Source: Pseudovirgaria hyperparasitica
Lineage: Eukaryota
Reading direction: 5' to 3' (one strand)
Assembly (NCBI GenBank): GCA_010093815.1
Contig: ML996565.1
DNA: 64,000 bases
In this document: positions 23,574-37,939 of the stretch, piece by piece
Layout of the letters: each line of letters starts with the position of its first letter
Numbering within the stretch: position 1 is the first letter of the stretch
Notes under the pieces: generated by a model
The model's database searches: none
What the model saw: the letters and a program-made list of their open reading frames with translations, nothing else
Told to the model about the DNA's origin: nothing
Position numbers and translations under genes: made by a program

Positions 23574-24688
23574 CTACGGTAACTGCTCCTCGGTCGTAAT
23601 ATTCCTTTGCCCTTTGATACGTATCGCTTTACTCTGCTTCTTCGCCGCACTATAACTCGTTATGAACGGCTTCGCAGCATGTGCCTCACGAATACTCTCT
23701 TCACTGACTTCATCTAGACAAAACCTCCCCATCCTCCCATGCCGAAACCACTGCAACCACCTCACCGCCGCGCCCTCAAACATCGGCTCCCCCTGCTTCT
23801 TAAGCATGCCCAGATTCTTCGATACCCCTAGTAGTAGCTCCATGATATCATTTGTCGGCCCGCAGAAGCGCTTATACGCATTGTGTTTACCGTGCTTATT
23901 GATTTGGTATAGCAGGTAGTCGGCGACTTGGACTGGATGAATCACGGTATCCTTCACACAGCCGCACAGGGCCAGCTTCAGCATCGCGTCCGGGTCTGGA
24001 ATGTACGGCACAAACACCCCCGGACTATCTTTTACATACACACCGCCGGGATCGCGCCAGTTGCCCGTAGCCTGTGCGATGCGCACGTATGACGGCATGC
24101 TGCGCGTCACGCCGGGCTGGTCGCCTGTCCGTGCGGCTTTCTTACGATTGACGCCGATGTGACGGAGCGAGTTGAGGAGCGTTGATTTTCCGACATTGGG
24201 CATGCCGACGATGAGGACTTGCAGGCCGGTGAGCGACGAAGCGGTGGGAATCTGGCTCTTGAGGTATTTGAGGATGCCGCTGACGTGGAACTTGTTTGTG
24301 CAGTCGGAGAAGAAGACCGTGGTGGAGGGGCTATAGGCGTTGCGGAGGAGTTTTTCGCGCTGAACATGTGGTATGTCAATTGGTTGTTGTCGCCTGTAGA
24401 TGATGGCATAGAATCTAGTCTTACATTTGCATCCTCGATCGAGGCGGAATTTCCGACGTCGCGCTTCGTGTAGACAAGTACGCGCGGGCGGCCTTCGAGG
24501 CACTGCTCAAAGAGTGGATTTATGCTCGTCAGAGGCACACGGTAGTCGCGACATTCTATCACGAGATCGATGGTGGAGATTGTCTTGCGGATGCTCTGGA
24601 TGGCGGTCTTATGGTGGCCGATAAAGTAGGACTTTGGGAGGTTCTGGAGGGTCGGGAATATAGCGCGCGGGACGAAGGATGTGGCCAT
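23574..24688 (-). CDS. MTG1: Mitochondrial ribosome-assembly GTPase Mtg1 (circularly permuted RbgA/YlqF family); intron 24424-24360
   Basis: Motifs YFIGHH, DLVIECRDYRVPLTSINP, G4 TKRD placed before G1 GMPNVGKS, G2 PGVTR and G3 DSPG. The two ORFs join through a GTAAGA..CAG intron. Confidence 0.93.
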
Positions 24689-25159
24689 GGCAAATTGTAT
24701 GGCGGAGTATCATGGTTTCTGGTTACCGCGACAGGAAGCCTGAGTGTGACATGGTCTGAAGGTGTGATGTCAACGATTTCAGTGATTGTTGGGGTCATAA
24801 GAAAGATTCAGTCAGTTCATCGGCATCGGCGTCTAGAAAGGGATGATATCGTGGCGTGTGGCGCATGTCAAGGTGTGGCGAGTGTGTCTCCAACCGCGAC
24901 GTCATTGGTGCTAGAGACGCTACAGCCGCTGTCTGATCCTGTTCGACCACTCAACATCGAAAGGTTGGCCACATGCAACAATGCCCTACATCATCCGGAA
25001 CAGAGAGTCAAAAGCTTCTTCACCCAGAAGTAGACTCGGCGAATATCCGCTCAGGAACAAAGATCGGTATCCTCCCCTATTCTCAACACACCTCGGGCTC
25101 TCAATCATCAGGCCATTGACATCCGGGGCCCCTCCAGACATTTCATCAGATTGAAAAAC

Positions 25160-27096
25160 ATGCCTGAGAAATGGACAGCGAAAGTTGCGGCATCATTCCG
25201 GCTCAACGGTGCATTGCGGCCGTTCAGATTGCTGCAGCAAGATCTGCAAAATCTGCCGAAGCGTTATGTATCTGATTGGACTATCTTCAATCAAATGATC
25301 TTCGCTAGTGCCGTCTATGTCTTTTTCACGAATCTGTTACCAGGCATCACATTTGCCAGCGATCTGTATAATTTGACCGGCGAGAATTGGGGCACCATCG
25401 AGGTGGTGCTCTCTACAGGGCTGTGTGGTATCATTTTCTCGGTGTTAGTCAAATTCCATCTCGCACGCCGAACACTCTGCTAGGGAGATGATTCAAAGGC
25501 TCACCCTTGTAGCTTTTCCATCCAACCCCTTACTATTCTCGGTGTCACGGGACCCTTCTCCATCCTCGCTGAGAATATCTACTCATTATGCATAAATTCG
25601 TTCCATGTAGGTCATCACGACTCCAATACGCATGATGATAGTACTGACTATTCTTAGATCCCCTTCCTTCCATTCATGGCATGGTCCTTAATTCATTCAG
25701 CATGGATGCATTACCTTCTGGCCATCTTCAACGCTCACGATTGGACCATGCGTTATGTCACTACTTTTTCCACCGAGATCTTTTCGCTATTGAACAGCAT
25801 CATCTACTTCCACAAAGCTATACAGGAACTTGAACGTGCGCATGCCAATTTGTCTTTCGCGGCATTCTTATATGCCATTATTGGAGCTGTCGGGACTTGC
25901 CTGTTAGCCGTTTTCCTGTCAACCGCCTTGGCCTGGAAGCCGCTGTTTCACCGCTACATCCGAATGGGTCTCGCCGAGTATGCGGCTGCTATCAGTATCA
26001 TATTCTTTATTGGCATGCCTTATATCGGCGAGTTGGCCAGTCTAGACCGAGACACACTTCCCGTGAGCAAGTCCTTCCGACCTACTAGCCCTGAACGGTC
26101 CGTCTTTTTTGTAAAATTCTGGGAGCTCGAGGCGTCCTGGATTCTTGCAGCTATCATACCTGGATTGATCATCACGACTTTATTCTTCTTCGACCACGAA
26201 GTCAGTAGCATTATATGCACCGTCCGAAGATATGGCACTCGTAAACCAGGAGGCTTCGCCTGGGACGTAGCTCTCCTGGGAACTACTACTGCCATGTGTG
26301 GTATCCTTGGAATCCCACCTGCGAATGGCCTTCTTCCACAAGCACCTCTGCACTCAGAGAGTCTCATGCATGATGAACATGAGCAGATAACGCTTACAGG
26401 TGGCGATGGAGAAGCGAAGACCGAGCTTCACAGCTCTCAGCGCGTCTATGAACAGCGATGGAGTCATTTCCTCCACGCTGCTGGGATCATGCTCTTCGTC
26501 AGCCCACCATTTATGCATATTCTGGGCCTCACCCCAACAAGCGTGCTGGCTGGCTTGTTCTTGTTCATGGGGGAGCAAAGTTTAGCGGTAAAGTAAGTAA
26601 CCTCGGCGTCCACTCAACTATGTTTATTGTTGACATGCACAGCCCTATATTGTTTCGAACCTTCTACATGCTCACACCGCCATCCGAGCTACCACGACTG
26701 CCACAGAGCGTTTCATCATACATACCTATTCATGTGTATACACTCACCCAGATCATAGTTACGACCGGGATTTTTATTCTTACGCTGACTATAGCTGGCC
26801 CAGCGTTCCCGATCATCATTATTCTACTTGTGCCAATTCGACTTTGCGCGATGAACCGACTGTGGAGTCGAGATGTCCTCCGCTACGTAGATGCGTGGGC
26901 TTGTCGCGATGGTAATCCCGAAGACGACGAGGACACAAAGAGTGACTCAACAGTGAACCCTGCAGATGCTGCTAGTTCTGGAATTGAACTCACAGATGTT
27001 GAGAGGGGCGCTGACGAGGTCTTGACACAACGGCATACTAGAGAAGCTCGAGAGCACAGCGCGAAGGTGGAGCTGGAACATGACAAAACTATATGA
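25160..27096 (+). CDS. SLC4/Bor1-family bicarbonate/borate transporter, 4 exons
   Basis: Motifs RYVSDW, FFTNLLPGITF, QPLTILGVTGP, FSTEIF, LFFFDHEVS, GIPPANGLLPQAPLHSESL and VYEQRWS across spliced ORFs. Confidence 0.9.
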
Positions 27097-28560
27097 ATGC
27101 CGCTGTTCAGTTACGATGTCGGCTTTCCTACTTGCTTTTCTCGTACTGGTTGACCACTTGGATCAAAGGAAAGCAATTACTTGGTCATTCTAGAACTGTC
27201 TCTATCTGGCTAGGATTTGCCCCCGCTTTCTATCCTAGTTTCAGCCCATAAACAAAACCAATGTTTAGATCATATCGACCGGGCCGTCCCTTATGAACGA
27301 TTTTATAGGCTGGCAGGAGACTTAGCAGAGAGCTATTATGACAAAACACGCGACGATCTTTGCGCGATAACAGCCGTACTAAGGATTGCTTATTAAACAA
27401 GGTATGCATCGCGACCGGAATCACGCATACGAGCCCTCCACTACGCCACACCGGTACCTCGCCAAAGGAAGCGGCATAAGTTCCCCGCAAGAGGCTGAAG
27501 TTTTGTTGTGTTCTAGACGACACTGGAATGACACTCGTATCATGCATCGTATGTCTATACGGAGTGTCTGGGGGCTGTCACTGTCCTTACTTTAGGGACT
27601 CACCTACAATAGTCCAGAATCACAGCTCAGGACTCAGGAGTGTCTCCTATAGTTTACAGACGTCAGGAATCGTCAATTTCCGACAGGAATAGACTCCTAG
27701 ATATCTGGTCCTGAACACGCTCCGGCTTCTTCGAGAGTATATGAAGTCAACATGCATGATCTGTAGGAGATATACCGAACCCGGAGTCCGACAGCACCTC
27801 CTAGGACGCAAAAAACCAGTTTCGACAAGAATTAATTCAGAGTGATATGTAATCACATTTTACTCTTGCTCTTGCAACTGTCTTTGAGGCGAGAGCGATA
27901 ACTAGGACCGCATATGCATCCTGGAGACGGTTGTGTAACATTCTCGACATTCGCAGTGGCGGGAGCGAATGAGGCGGGATGGATGCAGACGGGGAGGCAA
28001 GGTGTACAGCAAACGTCAGCCAGGAGCAAGACATGGCCACTAGCGAAATCCGGGGACGCAGGTATCCTCTCCGTCGACCCACTTTCTTCGGACAAAGATT
28101 CTTGGCCTCATTACTTGTTATGCAAGCCATCTTGCAACTAAGACCTGTCCCTGCTACTTATTGATCTTCATTGCACTACCTATGGCTGTGCTGCATAGAG
28201 CGTGTATGTGGATGTATATGTGCATTGCATGTACAGCCAAAGCATCTGCGAACGTAATAACACACACACGGTACCAGGGCACCAACCTGATTAGCAATTA
28301 ACGACACGCAAGTCTGTATATTCCGCGATCTCATCTACCCCCACAAGTGGTCTGCCACCTTGCCCTGAAACTAAATGTCCGATATGTGGGTTGTGGTCGT
28401 ACGAATGCGCTTCATGCGGCAAGATGTCGCTATAGCTCGTACAGCTCCATATATTCTACGATCGCGGCATTATTTGAAGACGTCGACATCTTCCCATCAG
28501 ATCACTACAACTTGATCAGATTCATTCGCTATCTGAGACATATCGGTCTTGAGCATCAAA

Positions 28561-29951
28561 ATGTACTCGTCCTATTCGGTCACGGTCGTGGGCTGCAGCA
28601 TAGCCTTTCCCTTCTTTGCCATCATTGCTGTCGGTTTTCGATTATATGGACGTCGACTGCAACATGTTCCGTGGTTGTCTGACGACTATCTTGTCGTTTC
28701 CGCCTTGGTAGGTGACCATTATAAGCTTGACGTCAGGCGACTGATAATGGCACAGATGTTCGGCATTGCTTTGTGTCTTATCAGCTTGAACGCCGCATTC
28801 AATGCCTCCCTAGGTCAAGACTTGACAGAGATAACGCCGGACCAATATGTGGCTTTCAATAAGGTAGATTTAAGGTGTTCGAGATGCCCCAGCTCTTTGC
28901 TAAATTCAATAAGCATATATATGCCTTAGTCCTTACTGCCTACACTTCCTTCGGACTAGTGAAACTCTCAGTCCTCTCATTATACAAGCGAATCTTCGCT
29001 GTGCCAAAATTCCTTCGAGCAGCAAACATCCTCTTCTGTATAATTTCTCTCTGGATAATCGTAACGATCTTCGTACGTGTATCCAACTGATCCTTTCTTT
29101 CTGTCTACTCACATCCGCAAAGCTAGCAATTTTCTCCGCCTGGCCCATATCCAACTTCTGGTCCCTTGGTGCCGATTATGCATTTGACCATCCACGATTT
29201 CTCTTCATCAACACCATCCTCGACACTTTTTTCGATGTCATCGTTCTGTCTCTCCCTTTTCCCATAATATGGGGCCTCCAGATGAGTAAGAGTAGGAAGC
29301 TACAAGTCACAGCGATTTTCTCTTTGGGTTTCTTGTATTTCTCCCCTCGCCCTCCTTTTCCCCTCATTTCGCTATACATGACCTAATACTTCATATAGCT
29401 GTGTCGTCTCCGCTGGCTTACGAATCTATTTCGGTTGGCGTCTTAGTGGCACTGGTGCAAGTACCCAAAACCAAGTCTCCAGTGACAACTTTTCTTGTAC
29501 GTATGACACACAACATACAAGTCCTTCCGTAATACAAGCAGAGAAAAGCTGACCATAATACGCAGACATCGTCATCAACAACGTGATATGGTGCGAAATG
29601 GAAGCCTGCTGCTCCGTCATCGCCGCGTGCCTGCCATGCATGCGGCCTTTTATGAAACCCCTAAAACTCGACTCTTTCAGCCATCTTGTCTCACGACTCC
29701 GTTCCTGGTCGTCGCATTCTCAGAACTCCCGTGGGACCTCCCGCAAACACAGCTCCGGGTCGGATTCTTCCGGGGACGAAGTGCAGCTGACGCCGGTGGG
29801 CAGTGTGCGGAATTTGATTGTCATCAGCAAGGAGACGCAGACAGATCCGGAGAATGTACCAAGCCAAGGCGTGCAGGTTACGCAGCAGTATGCGGTACAG
29901 TATAATCCGAAGTTTCCACAAGAGCATTTCACTGGAGATCACGCTGTCTGA
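28561..29951 (+). CDS. PTH11-like 7TM (fungal rhodopsin-domain) integral membrane protein without CFEM, 6 exons
   Basis: Motifs VGFRLYGR..DDYLVV, VKLSVLSLYKRIF, DVIVLSLPFPIIWGLQM..RKL..IFSLGF and W..E....VIAACLP.MRP, plus a Ser-rich tail. Five introns join these in frame. Confidence 0.9.
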
Positions 29952-31672
29952 CAGTAGTTGATGGGTGGGTGGGAGGCGCGTTGATGTTGACAAGATAAGA
30001 TGAGGAGATGTTACTATGGTGGCGAACGATTGGAATGATGGGATGATATCGGAAGAGCTCTGATGACGTCCGCCGTTCATTGTCGTGAAGGATTATGTCT
30101 TAAGGATTATATAGTCCTTTTTTGTATATTGATGTCCTTGGCCGTTATCACGGCTTTTCTATGTATAATATATGACTCTTATGTTGCAGTGCCTATCGAT
30201 CCATGGTCAATTTCTGCTACACCAAGCTGTTTACTAATTACTGCATCCATTATCACAATAGCCTCGTATCCTCATTTTACAACGATTACCTTTCTTGAAC
30301 TGGCTGAACTGGTATTCATTTTCGAAATAAGTACGTACATATTTCTACAGGTCTACGACTAGACATCTGTTTCTCGAGTCTGTTCTGAGTGTTCCCTATA
30401 CATAATTTTCTGCTCTCTACTAGTCCAAGTATCATTTATCATGACCTTCTGATTGATATATATACATATATCATAATCCAAGACCTGGACTAGTGTCTAT
30501 TTAGTCATCTGTCACTCTTTGACCGCCTGCTAGATGCACCACTAATATATTACAGAAAGAACTGCTCCTACTACAGATTAGCACACTAGCTTGTGCGTGC
30601 GTAGCTTATGACGTCCTCGTGTATAGAATTGCGACTTACATTGACATGATATATTTACGTGTAGATATGAATATACGCAGCTACACATGCATGCACCTAC
30701 ATCCGCTGTGGTTCTGGCGCTACATGAGTGTTGTTCTGTTACGTGATGACTGACTGCGTGGTCAAATAGAAAGTTCGCAAAATCATGGGGCGTGGACAGA
30801 ATGAGACATGTGGTGCTTTGGAGGATAAATTAACATAGAAGTTTGAATATTGTTATGCCATGAACGAGGCCAGGCTATAGATGACATGCGGGCACAACAA
30901 CCCCTTGAACTCTTCGCGTTCTCATCTCGCGAACGCTCAGAATTGTAGAGTTGTAAGTTTCCAGGATACGTACCATCGAACATCCTAAATCTGGTTTCTT
31001 CGCAGCCTAATAGATCATTATCAGAACTGGCTGCTTACCTTCCAGACACGCACATACACACAGCCCGCGGCTCATAGCGCGCCACTCTGCACTACAGACT
31101 GCGCGGCGCTCCAGCTCCGTGCCCAATGCACCAACATCCGGCACACGAGTGAAATACATGATATACCCATCCCCTCCACTATCCTTAAGCATGGATTCGT
31201 GCACAAGTATGCCGAGAAGGCGTTGATGGTGAATGATCTGGCATGCGCGAACTGTATAATAATCCGGTGTGCAGTCATGTAACAGGAGCGAAAAGAGAGT
31301 GTAGCGCGATATAGATCGCGCGATTTGCTATGTAGGTTGGAGACGTGGATTGTGACACGCAGCAAAATGGGCCGGCGCCAGATGAGTGTGGTGGTGCGGT
31401 GAGGGCGCCACGAACAGGTCTTCTGAAGTTATGAGTTGGTAAAACAAACTTGTTTGAGGTTCGAGCGATGGTACTGTGTTGGATGATTAGTACTCCTCAA
31501 AACCGAGGTTGAACATTGCTTGTACGTGCTCGCCGAGGTCTGCCAATGTCCAGTGTGAAAAGGGGTGCGTAAAAGGGAAGCTACCGTACCTCAAACAGAC
31601 TCAACAATAGCAAGCGTTGGGTCAATGGATACGACTGACAGCACAATCGCTACACTGTACTCGGCGAAGACT

Positions 31673-34526
31673 TCACGCTCTCCAGTGTTGAACAAGACCA
31701 TGCAGACGGTCAATCACAACTGGCATCATGGCGCCCTGACTGTCCAAGATCAACGCCTCGAAATGTCTGATAGCCTCTTCTTCGCTCAAGTCAAGCATCA
31801 TCCGCTCTTGCACCTTCCACACAGCCTTATCCGGCTCGATCCTGATATCGGGCACATTGGCCTCCCTCATTAGAGCAAAAAGATTAAGAATGAGGTTCGC
31901 TGATTTTCGCAGCGTTGTATACGCTGTATAGCAATGTTCGCGGAACTGTCGGTATTGTTGAGATTGCGGACCTCCCATGCCATCGATCATCTCTTTCGAC
32001 AATTTCATCAGTGGGGCGAATGGTTTTGGATCACGGCCAAGAATGTAGCCGAAATCGGCATGGAAGAAGTGACCATCTGGGGTAAGCAGAAGATTTTCGA
32101 GATGGCGATCACCGACACCAAGAAGGTATGTGATAACACAGTAGCCAGCGCATGATTTGACGTAGGTGTCCATTGCTTCTCTACGAACGCCATGTGGGGC
32201 CGTTTCGTCTGGGTTGTTTGCGCGGAGATAGTTGAGAAGAGAACCCTTATACTTCGCACTTGCACCAGCTATGGATGACGAAGGAATAAACTGCAGGGCG
32301 CCAGCGAAAGCGCCCGTCGCAAGGATGCGGTACGGTGTGAGCTTGAGATCAAGATTCTCTTTCTGGAGGAGTCGGTCCATAAGTGTGATGATTTGCATGA
32401 CGAGTTGATCTTGTCTTAGATCATCTCCAGTTTTGAAAATGATGGGATATTTTGCTCCGGTGGTAGTCCGAAGAGTAATTTGTAAAGGTAACATGGAAGA
32501 CTTGAAAACGCTGCATTCCTCTGGAAAGCAGCCATTTATGGATATCGAGGGATCCAGAGGCAATGGTATAGGAGGATCGATGTGAAGAAGCTCATTCTTC
32601 GGATCTGCTAGGAACTTCTTTAAGCGCTCGATCTTACCAGGGCGGTCTTCACGAGAGGTCTTGATCTCGCGCGAAGCTTTGGTGAGAATCGTGATGAATT
32701 CTGCTTGTCGCAAAAGCGTTTTCCGTCTTTGCGGGCCATCCGGTGTATTGTTCAGCGAAGTCATGAAGTCGAACTCAACCTTAGCAAACAACTTGCGGTG
32801 TTCGGGACCTTGTTCCGCGCTGTAGTCATCACATTCAACCATGAGATACCAGTGCAAGTAATTACCCAGCATAAGGTTATTTGCTGCTCGAGTGACTAAA
32901 AACTGGGCCAGTGATGAGTCGTTCTCAGGACTGTCTTCGGTGTCACAGGCGATGGTCTCATATTTCAGGGCTTGAACAAGTTGTAGAAGATACACAAGCA
33001 ACTCATCATCATCTGACTTCTTTAGTCGGTCAACAGCGTAAGCGCGAACGGCAGGGTTCGTGAAGGATGGACCCAAGAGCTCAAGAGCGTCGTCCACAGC
33101 AATCTCAGTCCATTTTGGTAGCATTTGTACTGCTTGTCGAGCTTCGTTTTGATCGTTCCAGGCGACGGATTTCACAAACTTTGTCAAGGCCCTCTTGTCA
33201 CGAGTGAGATGATGACGGAACTTCCACACCAGATCTTTCTCATCTGAGATCAACTCGTGCGTCGGACCGTAAGCCATGATCACATTGAGCTCGTCACGGA
33301 TCTTCGCGTTTGGTTTTAGATCGCGATCTAGCGCTCCTGTCCGGTGACTTCGTATCAATCTTCTGTGCTTGCTCTCAGCTGGATTGTCCCTCATACCGAC
33401 TTCTGGGTCATAGATGCGAATAAGGCGCCCAGAGTCGCCATCGCCAAAGGCCTCCCCATCTACGTTGATGCCAGGCCCAAACGAAACCTCTGGAGGTGGC
33501 TTTAAACGAACTTCAGAGTTACTCCCACCGCTATGGAGCATACTAGATATTGGAGGCGCTGGATACTCCGTGTCCGTGAATACAATAGGGTGATCGAAAC
33601 GTGGGAACTCTATGTGCAGGTAGAACTGTTCCTCGTCATTCTGGTCGTTGTTCGTGGTATCAGCGTGCTGCAGCCGATCCGTATGACTGCCGTTCGAATC
33701 ATGTTGCCGTCTTGGAGTATCAGTCAGGATGCTCCGCTCAAGTCTCTCAATCTTCCTGAAAACCATTTGATCCAGCCATTTTGACTCCGGAATTTCACCC
33801 ATCTCATGCTTTTTCACTAGCGCTTCCAGCCTCACCATCTCCGCAACACGCTCATCCACTGTCTCCACCTTGGTCTTCTCGCCTCTCCGCCCCCGCACGG
33901 GAGGTAGTATCCATGGTGTACTTGTCTCCGACAGGCCATCAGCTGCTCTATGACGATGCAGGCGACATCGTTGCCGACCTTTCTGTAGAGTGTTGTCTTT
34001 GTCGAATAGAGGGACTGTCGTACCACCAAATGGTATTGCATGAAATTGCGAATCATTTGCGCCGATAGGGGATAGGTCCCAGACGGTGATAGCGAGCTGG
34101 GCATTTAGAGGGAGACTCGAATAGGGCATGGGCAAACTTAGCCATTCGTTCCATATTCGAGCAGTCTTAAAGTGTTTGTATGCGGTTTGAACAGGCACGG
34201 TCAGAGGTTTGCTGTCGGCCCAGATTTGAGCTGTAACATAGAGCTCGAAATGAGGACTATACATCGTGAGTACTTTGGATGTTGCCCAAGTCTGTATGAG
34301 GACTGACTTGGTATTCGATCCGAGATGTCGAAGTTCAGCATTCTTGAGTAGTATAGAGTAGGGTATGGGTTTCTGATGGCCGTCCAAAGTATTGCTGCAC
34401 TGGTCAGCGAACACTGATCGGGCGCAAAGCCGGCGGGGCAGCTCGTTTGACACGGCCAAATACGGACATTCTCACATTTACGGGCAGATCCAAGACAGAA
34501 GAGGTGGCGAAGGAGAATGGCTCCAT
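31673..34526 (-). CDS. VPS34: Class III phosphatidylinositol 3-kinase Vps34
   Basis: C2 domain (WNEWLSLP), helical domain (VRAYAV..LLQLVQAL) and kinase motifs FKTGDDLRQDQL, GVGDRHLEN and HADFG. The real start MEPFSFATSS is at 34526, followed by two short introns. Confidence 0.97.
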
Positions 34527-34712
34527 GCGGTAGCCCTTTTGGCCCGCCATCTGAGAAGATTTTGAGGAAGTAGATAATAGCTATGAGGGTATACTGTACA
34601 GGCTGGCTGGGCGTCTTCAAGCTAAGCCCTAAAGGGTAGGTCCAGGCCTACCAGGTGGCATGCAGGTCATCAGTTATTTGAGCCTAGCGCAACACGAACA
34701 TGCCCCCATGGG

Positions 34713-34718
34713 ACGCGT
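34713..34718. promoter_or_regulatory. MCB-type element ACGCGT in the VPS34/NSE4 divergent promoter
   Basis: Exact ACGCGT within the palindrome GGACGCGTCC. A hexamer alone is weak evidence. Confidence 0.35.
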
Positions 34719-35052
34719 CCAAACAATCGCGACAACCCACCTAACATTTCATCTGGCAACATCCCCCTGTTCAGCATCTCAATCTTTGCGCACGTCCACA
34801 CTCGTTCTCATCCTGTCGTCGCGGCAATCAGATGGTCTCGACAAGGTTTCATTACGCGCCGAAGTCCTCAGCAGTTGAACACTAATAGACTCATAATCTA
34901 CGAACACGCGCCGCTCCAGAAGCCATACTCGTTCTGTCGCGATACATAGCGGATATACTCATCAGAGAGAAGCCTTAGCTTTGCTGAATCTGGAAAGCGC
35001 AATAGGTGGCTCGTCTGTCGCAAGTCGCATCTTTCGTCGTGAAGCTGTCGAC

Positions 35053-36551
35053 ATGGCCCGACTGAATACAGCCGTTCCAAGCTCCTCGCGAGCGTCATCA
35101 TTATACCCAACGACTCCAGTTCCAGAGGACACAGACAGCGAGCGACGCGTATTCAGCCCACCCACCGGCTCGGACAAAGAAAATCAAAGCTTCGCCGATC
35201 CAGACGAAGACGAAACAAGGTCGAGAGGGAAGCGCAAGGCTGTGGCCGGTTCGTCACGCCGTCCTCGCGACATGCCACAAGAATCACGGCCATCTCTGAC
35301 TGAAAGAAATGACACGCCTATAGCGAGCAGAGTCCCGGAAGAGCTGCTATTCTACGACCCTGATCAGAATGCAAGGAAGAGGCAAAAGCTCCGCAAAGAG
35401 ATGCGAGAGAATGAGCGTGCCTTGAAACGTAAGTAGTCGCTGCCATGTAAGATAGAGCATATGTTGATTATTCGACTAGATCAAAAGGAGACACTCATCC
35501 AACCAGGGGGCGAAGTTGAACTTCTGCGACGCCTCGAGCACGCAGACTACTTGATGAATAAAGTGCGACAAACTGCCGATGCAACAATCGACTCGCAATT
35601 TCTCGTGGACGCTGGAGACATTGCATTAAAAAAAGCAACAGCTATCGTGAACGGCGACAAAGCTACGACGATAGACACGGACGAATTTGTCTCTAAGTGC
35701 AAGATATTTATGCGCAATGCTGGCTTTGAATCTGATAACGAGGCGTCGGCAAGCACGCAGCGCAGGCGGCAGCGTCCCAGGGAGCACGACGATGTCGACG
35801 AAGATGATGACCGCGAGCGCGAGGACCTCAATTGGGCTCATCTTGGACACTTTGCTTGCTTTCCAGCGAACTCAAGGCCTCCCCTCCCTGGCTTTCTTCT
35901 TGGACCTTTGTCGGTTCAGAAGAGGATTCGACAAGTAACGCAAAGACAACCTCGCCAGCAGAGGAGGAATGTTACAGAAGTCCGACCAGAGCAACTTCAA
36001 GCGTCCGATCTGGAGAAAGCAGAGACAGCCAACGTAACGGCAATGTGCCAGCAGATCAGCAAGATCCTGAACAAACATATCGACGAAAAGTCTGATCAAC
36101 TCGAGGAAGTATGGGGAGACGCCACAAGCGAAGAGCAAGATGAGCTGCTACGCAAACATCGCTTAGCTTTGACGGAAGAATCGGAAACGACTGAAGGCGG
36201 TCAACCGGCCATGTCCTTATTCGACTGCGTCATCAACCCAAAGTCTTTTGGACAGACTGTGGAAAATTTGTTCTATGTATCTTTCTTGATTAAGGAGAGC
36301 GATGTTCAGATTGAGTACGATACGGATGGCTTGCCTGTGCTAAGTGAGTCTGAACACTGTGATAGTGTGCAAGAATGATGAACTAACATCTTAATGCAGT
36401 ACCACGAAAAGAGAAGCTCTCCGAAGAAGAGCGAGCGAAGGGACAGCGTTCCAAGCGACAAGCTATCATCAGCATTGATTACGCCACATGGAAACAATTA
36501 ATTACAGCTCTCGATATCAAAAAGCCTCTCATTCCTCATCGAGAAGAGTAA
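35053..36551 (+). CDS. NSE4: Smc5/6 complex kleisin subunit Nse4, 3 exons
   Basis: Motifs YDPDQ, VRQTADATIDS and SLFDCVINPKSFGQTVENLFYVSFLIKE. The last exon reads RQAIISIDYATWKQLITALDIKKPLIPHREE*. Confidence 0.93.
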
Positions 36552-37939
36552 CCACAGGCGCCCCCGTTGCCAATGATTAATCATGTCTAGGTCACGAATG
36601 CTCTGTCTTGAAGTTACATTTCAGCATTTCTGTCTTTACAGCTCGGTATCACCAGCCATTATACCCATTTCGGCTTGTCATTTCGAGTGCATTTATTGTA
36701 TATATTCGGAGTTTCTTTGGGAGTGAGTCTTCAGAGGATACCTTAGACTGTGGAGCTTTGGCTTTGCGCTATACGTTACTGGGCAAGGGCTATATTATGC
36801 CTTTCGGGACAATAAACTCTGTACCTAATTAGAGCAATCGGTCCAGGAACCGTGAGATTCCTCTCTAATCGATAATCACTCGAACCGAACATCGTGAGCA
36901 CTGGATCACGACTGTCTAAAGATATACCCGACCGTTGCTTAGCGTACCCGATATTTCTGCAGTGGTACTGAGACTTACTAAGTGACACTTTGCAATTGCA
37001 ATATGCGTTCTGAACGGCTATAGTTTCTGTCTGTAGCTCATGGTGTACTAATATGATCATTATACACATCAATTTGATGGATGAGATCAAACCAGATCTG
37101 GGTTGGTTCAATGCTACACTTATAGCGAATCGTACACAAAGTACCCGCTAAAAGAGTCTTGAAAATCATCTAGATATGGGATCGGGCCTTGATATTTACA
37201 CACTCAGGGCACTTTGCACAAATGTCGATGTTGAAGGACATGTTTTTATTGACAGATGCTTACGAGCGCGGACTGGAACTAAAATAGCGTAGGTGGGCAA
37301 GTAACGCAATCTGGCCGGCGGCGTTGTCGCAAGAAGCGCCCAGGAATGATGAAGATCGAGGATCGGGCCTTCTTGTGAAGAACAACTAAGGAATTCCTCG
37401 CCCCTGCCGACGAACGGCTGACTACTGATCCCGCACGCACGAGGGTTCGTGTGTTTGTTGTGGGTTTTATATCTGGTTGCCGCCGTTTCACCAATCCGCA
37501 ATTCTTTGTTGTGAAGTCTCTTTGAGGTCCTTCCAAAGCCCTTTGACGCGTCGTAGGATTGCGCTAACGATCACCGCGAGCGACCACTGAGACTGCGCGT
37601 CTGGAACTCTCAGTATTCTTATACCTTCCTGTTACTTTCCCCGCTTCAACATCCCGGATCACGATCAGCATTCAGATACAACAGGTCTATTGACCATAGA
37701 GCCACTCCTTAGGTTCCTTCTTTACCATCTCAATCCCGCGCTACTGTCGACTGCAGCGGGCTGTACGCGCCTCGCCAATCTCCGTTACCCTAATAAGCAG
37801 AACTCTAGAACACACGTCATTTACCCCCTTCCGACGCAGCTTCAATCGCTTCGGACACCTCCTGTTCACGACCAAGACGCTCGATTCATTGTCTGAAAAC
37901 ACATATGGAGTGCTAAGGTGTCTATGAGAGTGCGACACG

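Noticed and set aside
22650..24700. GC-rich MED20/MTG1 segment as horizontal transfer
   Set aside because: Both are core eukaryotic genes and MTG1 has a normal spliceosomal intron; local codon bias is a sufficient explanation.
30063..30362. 99-aa hydrophobic ORF
   Set aside because: T-rich sequence downstream of the receptor gene naturally translates as hydrophobic residues; no family features.
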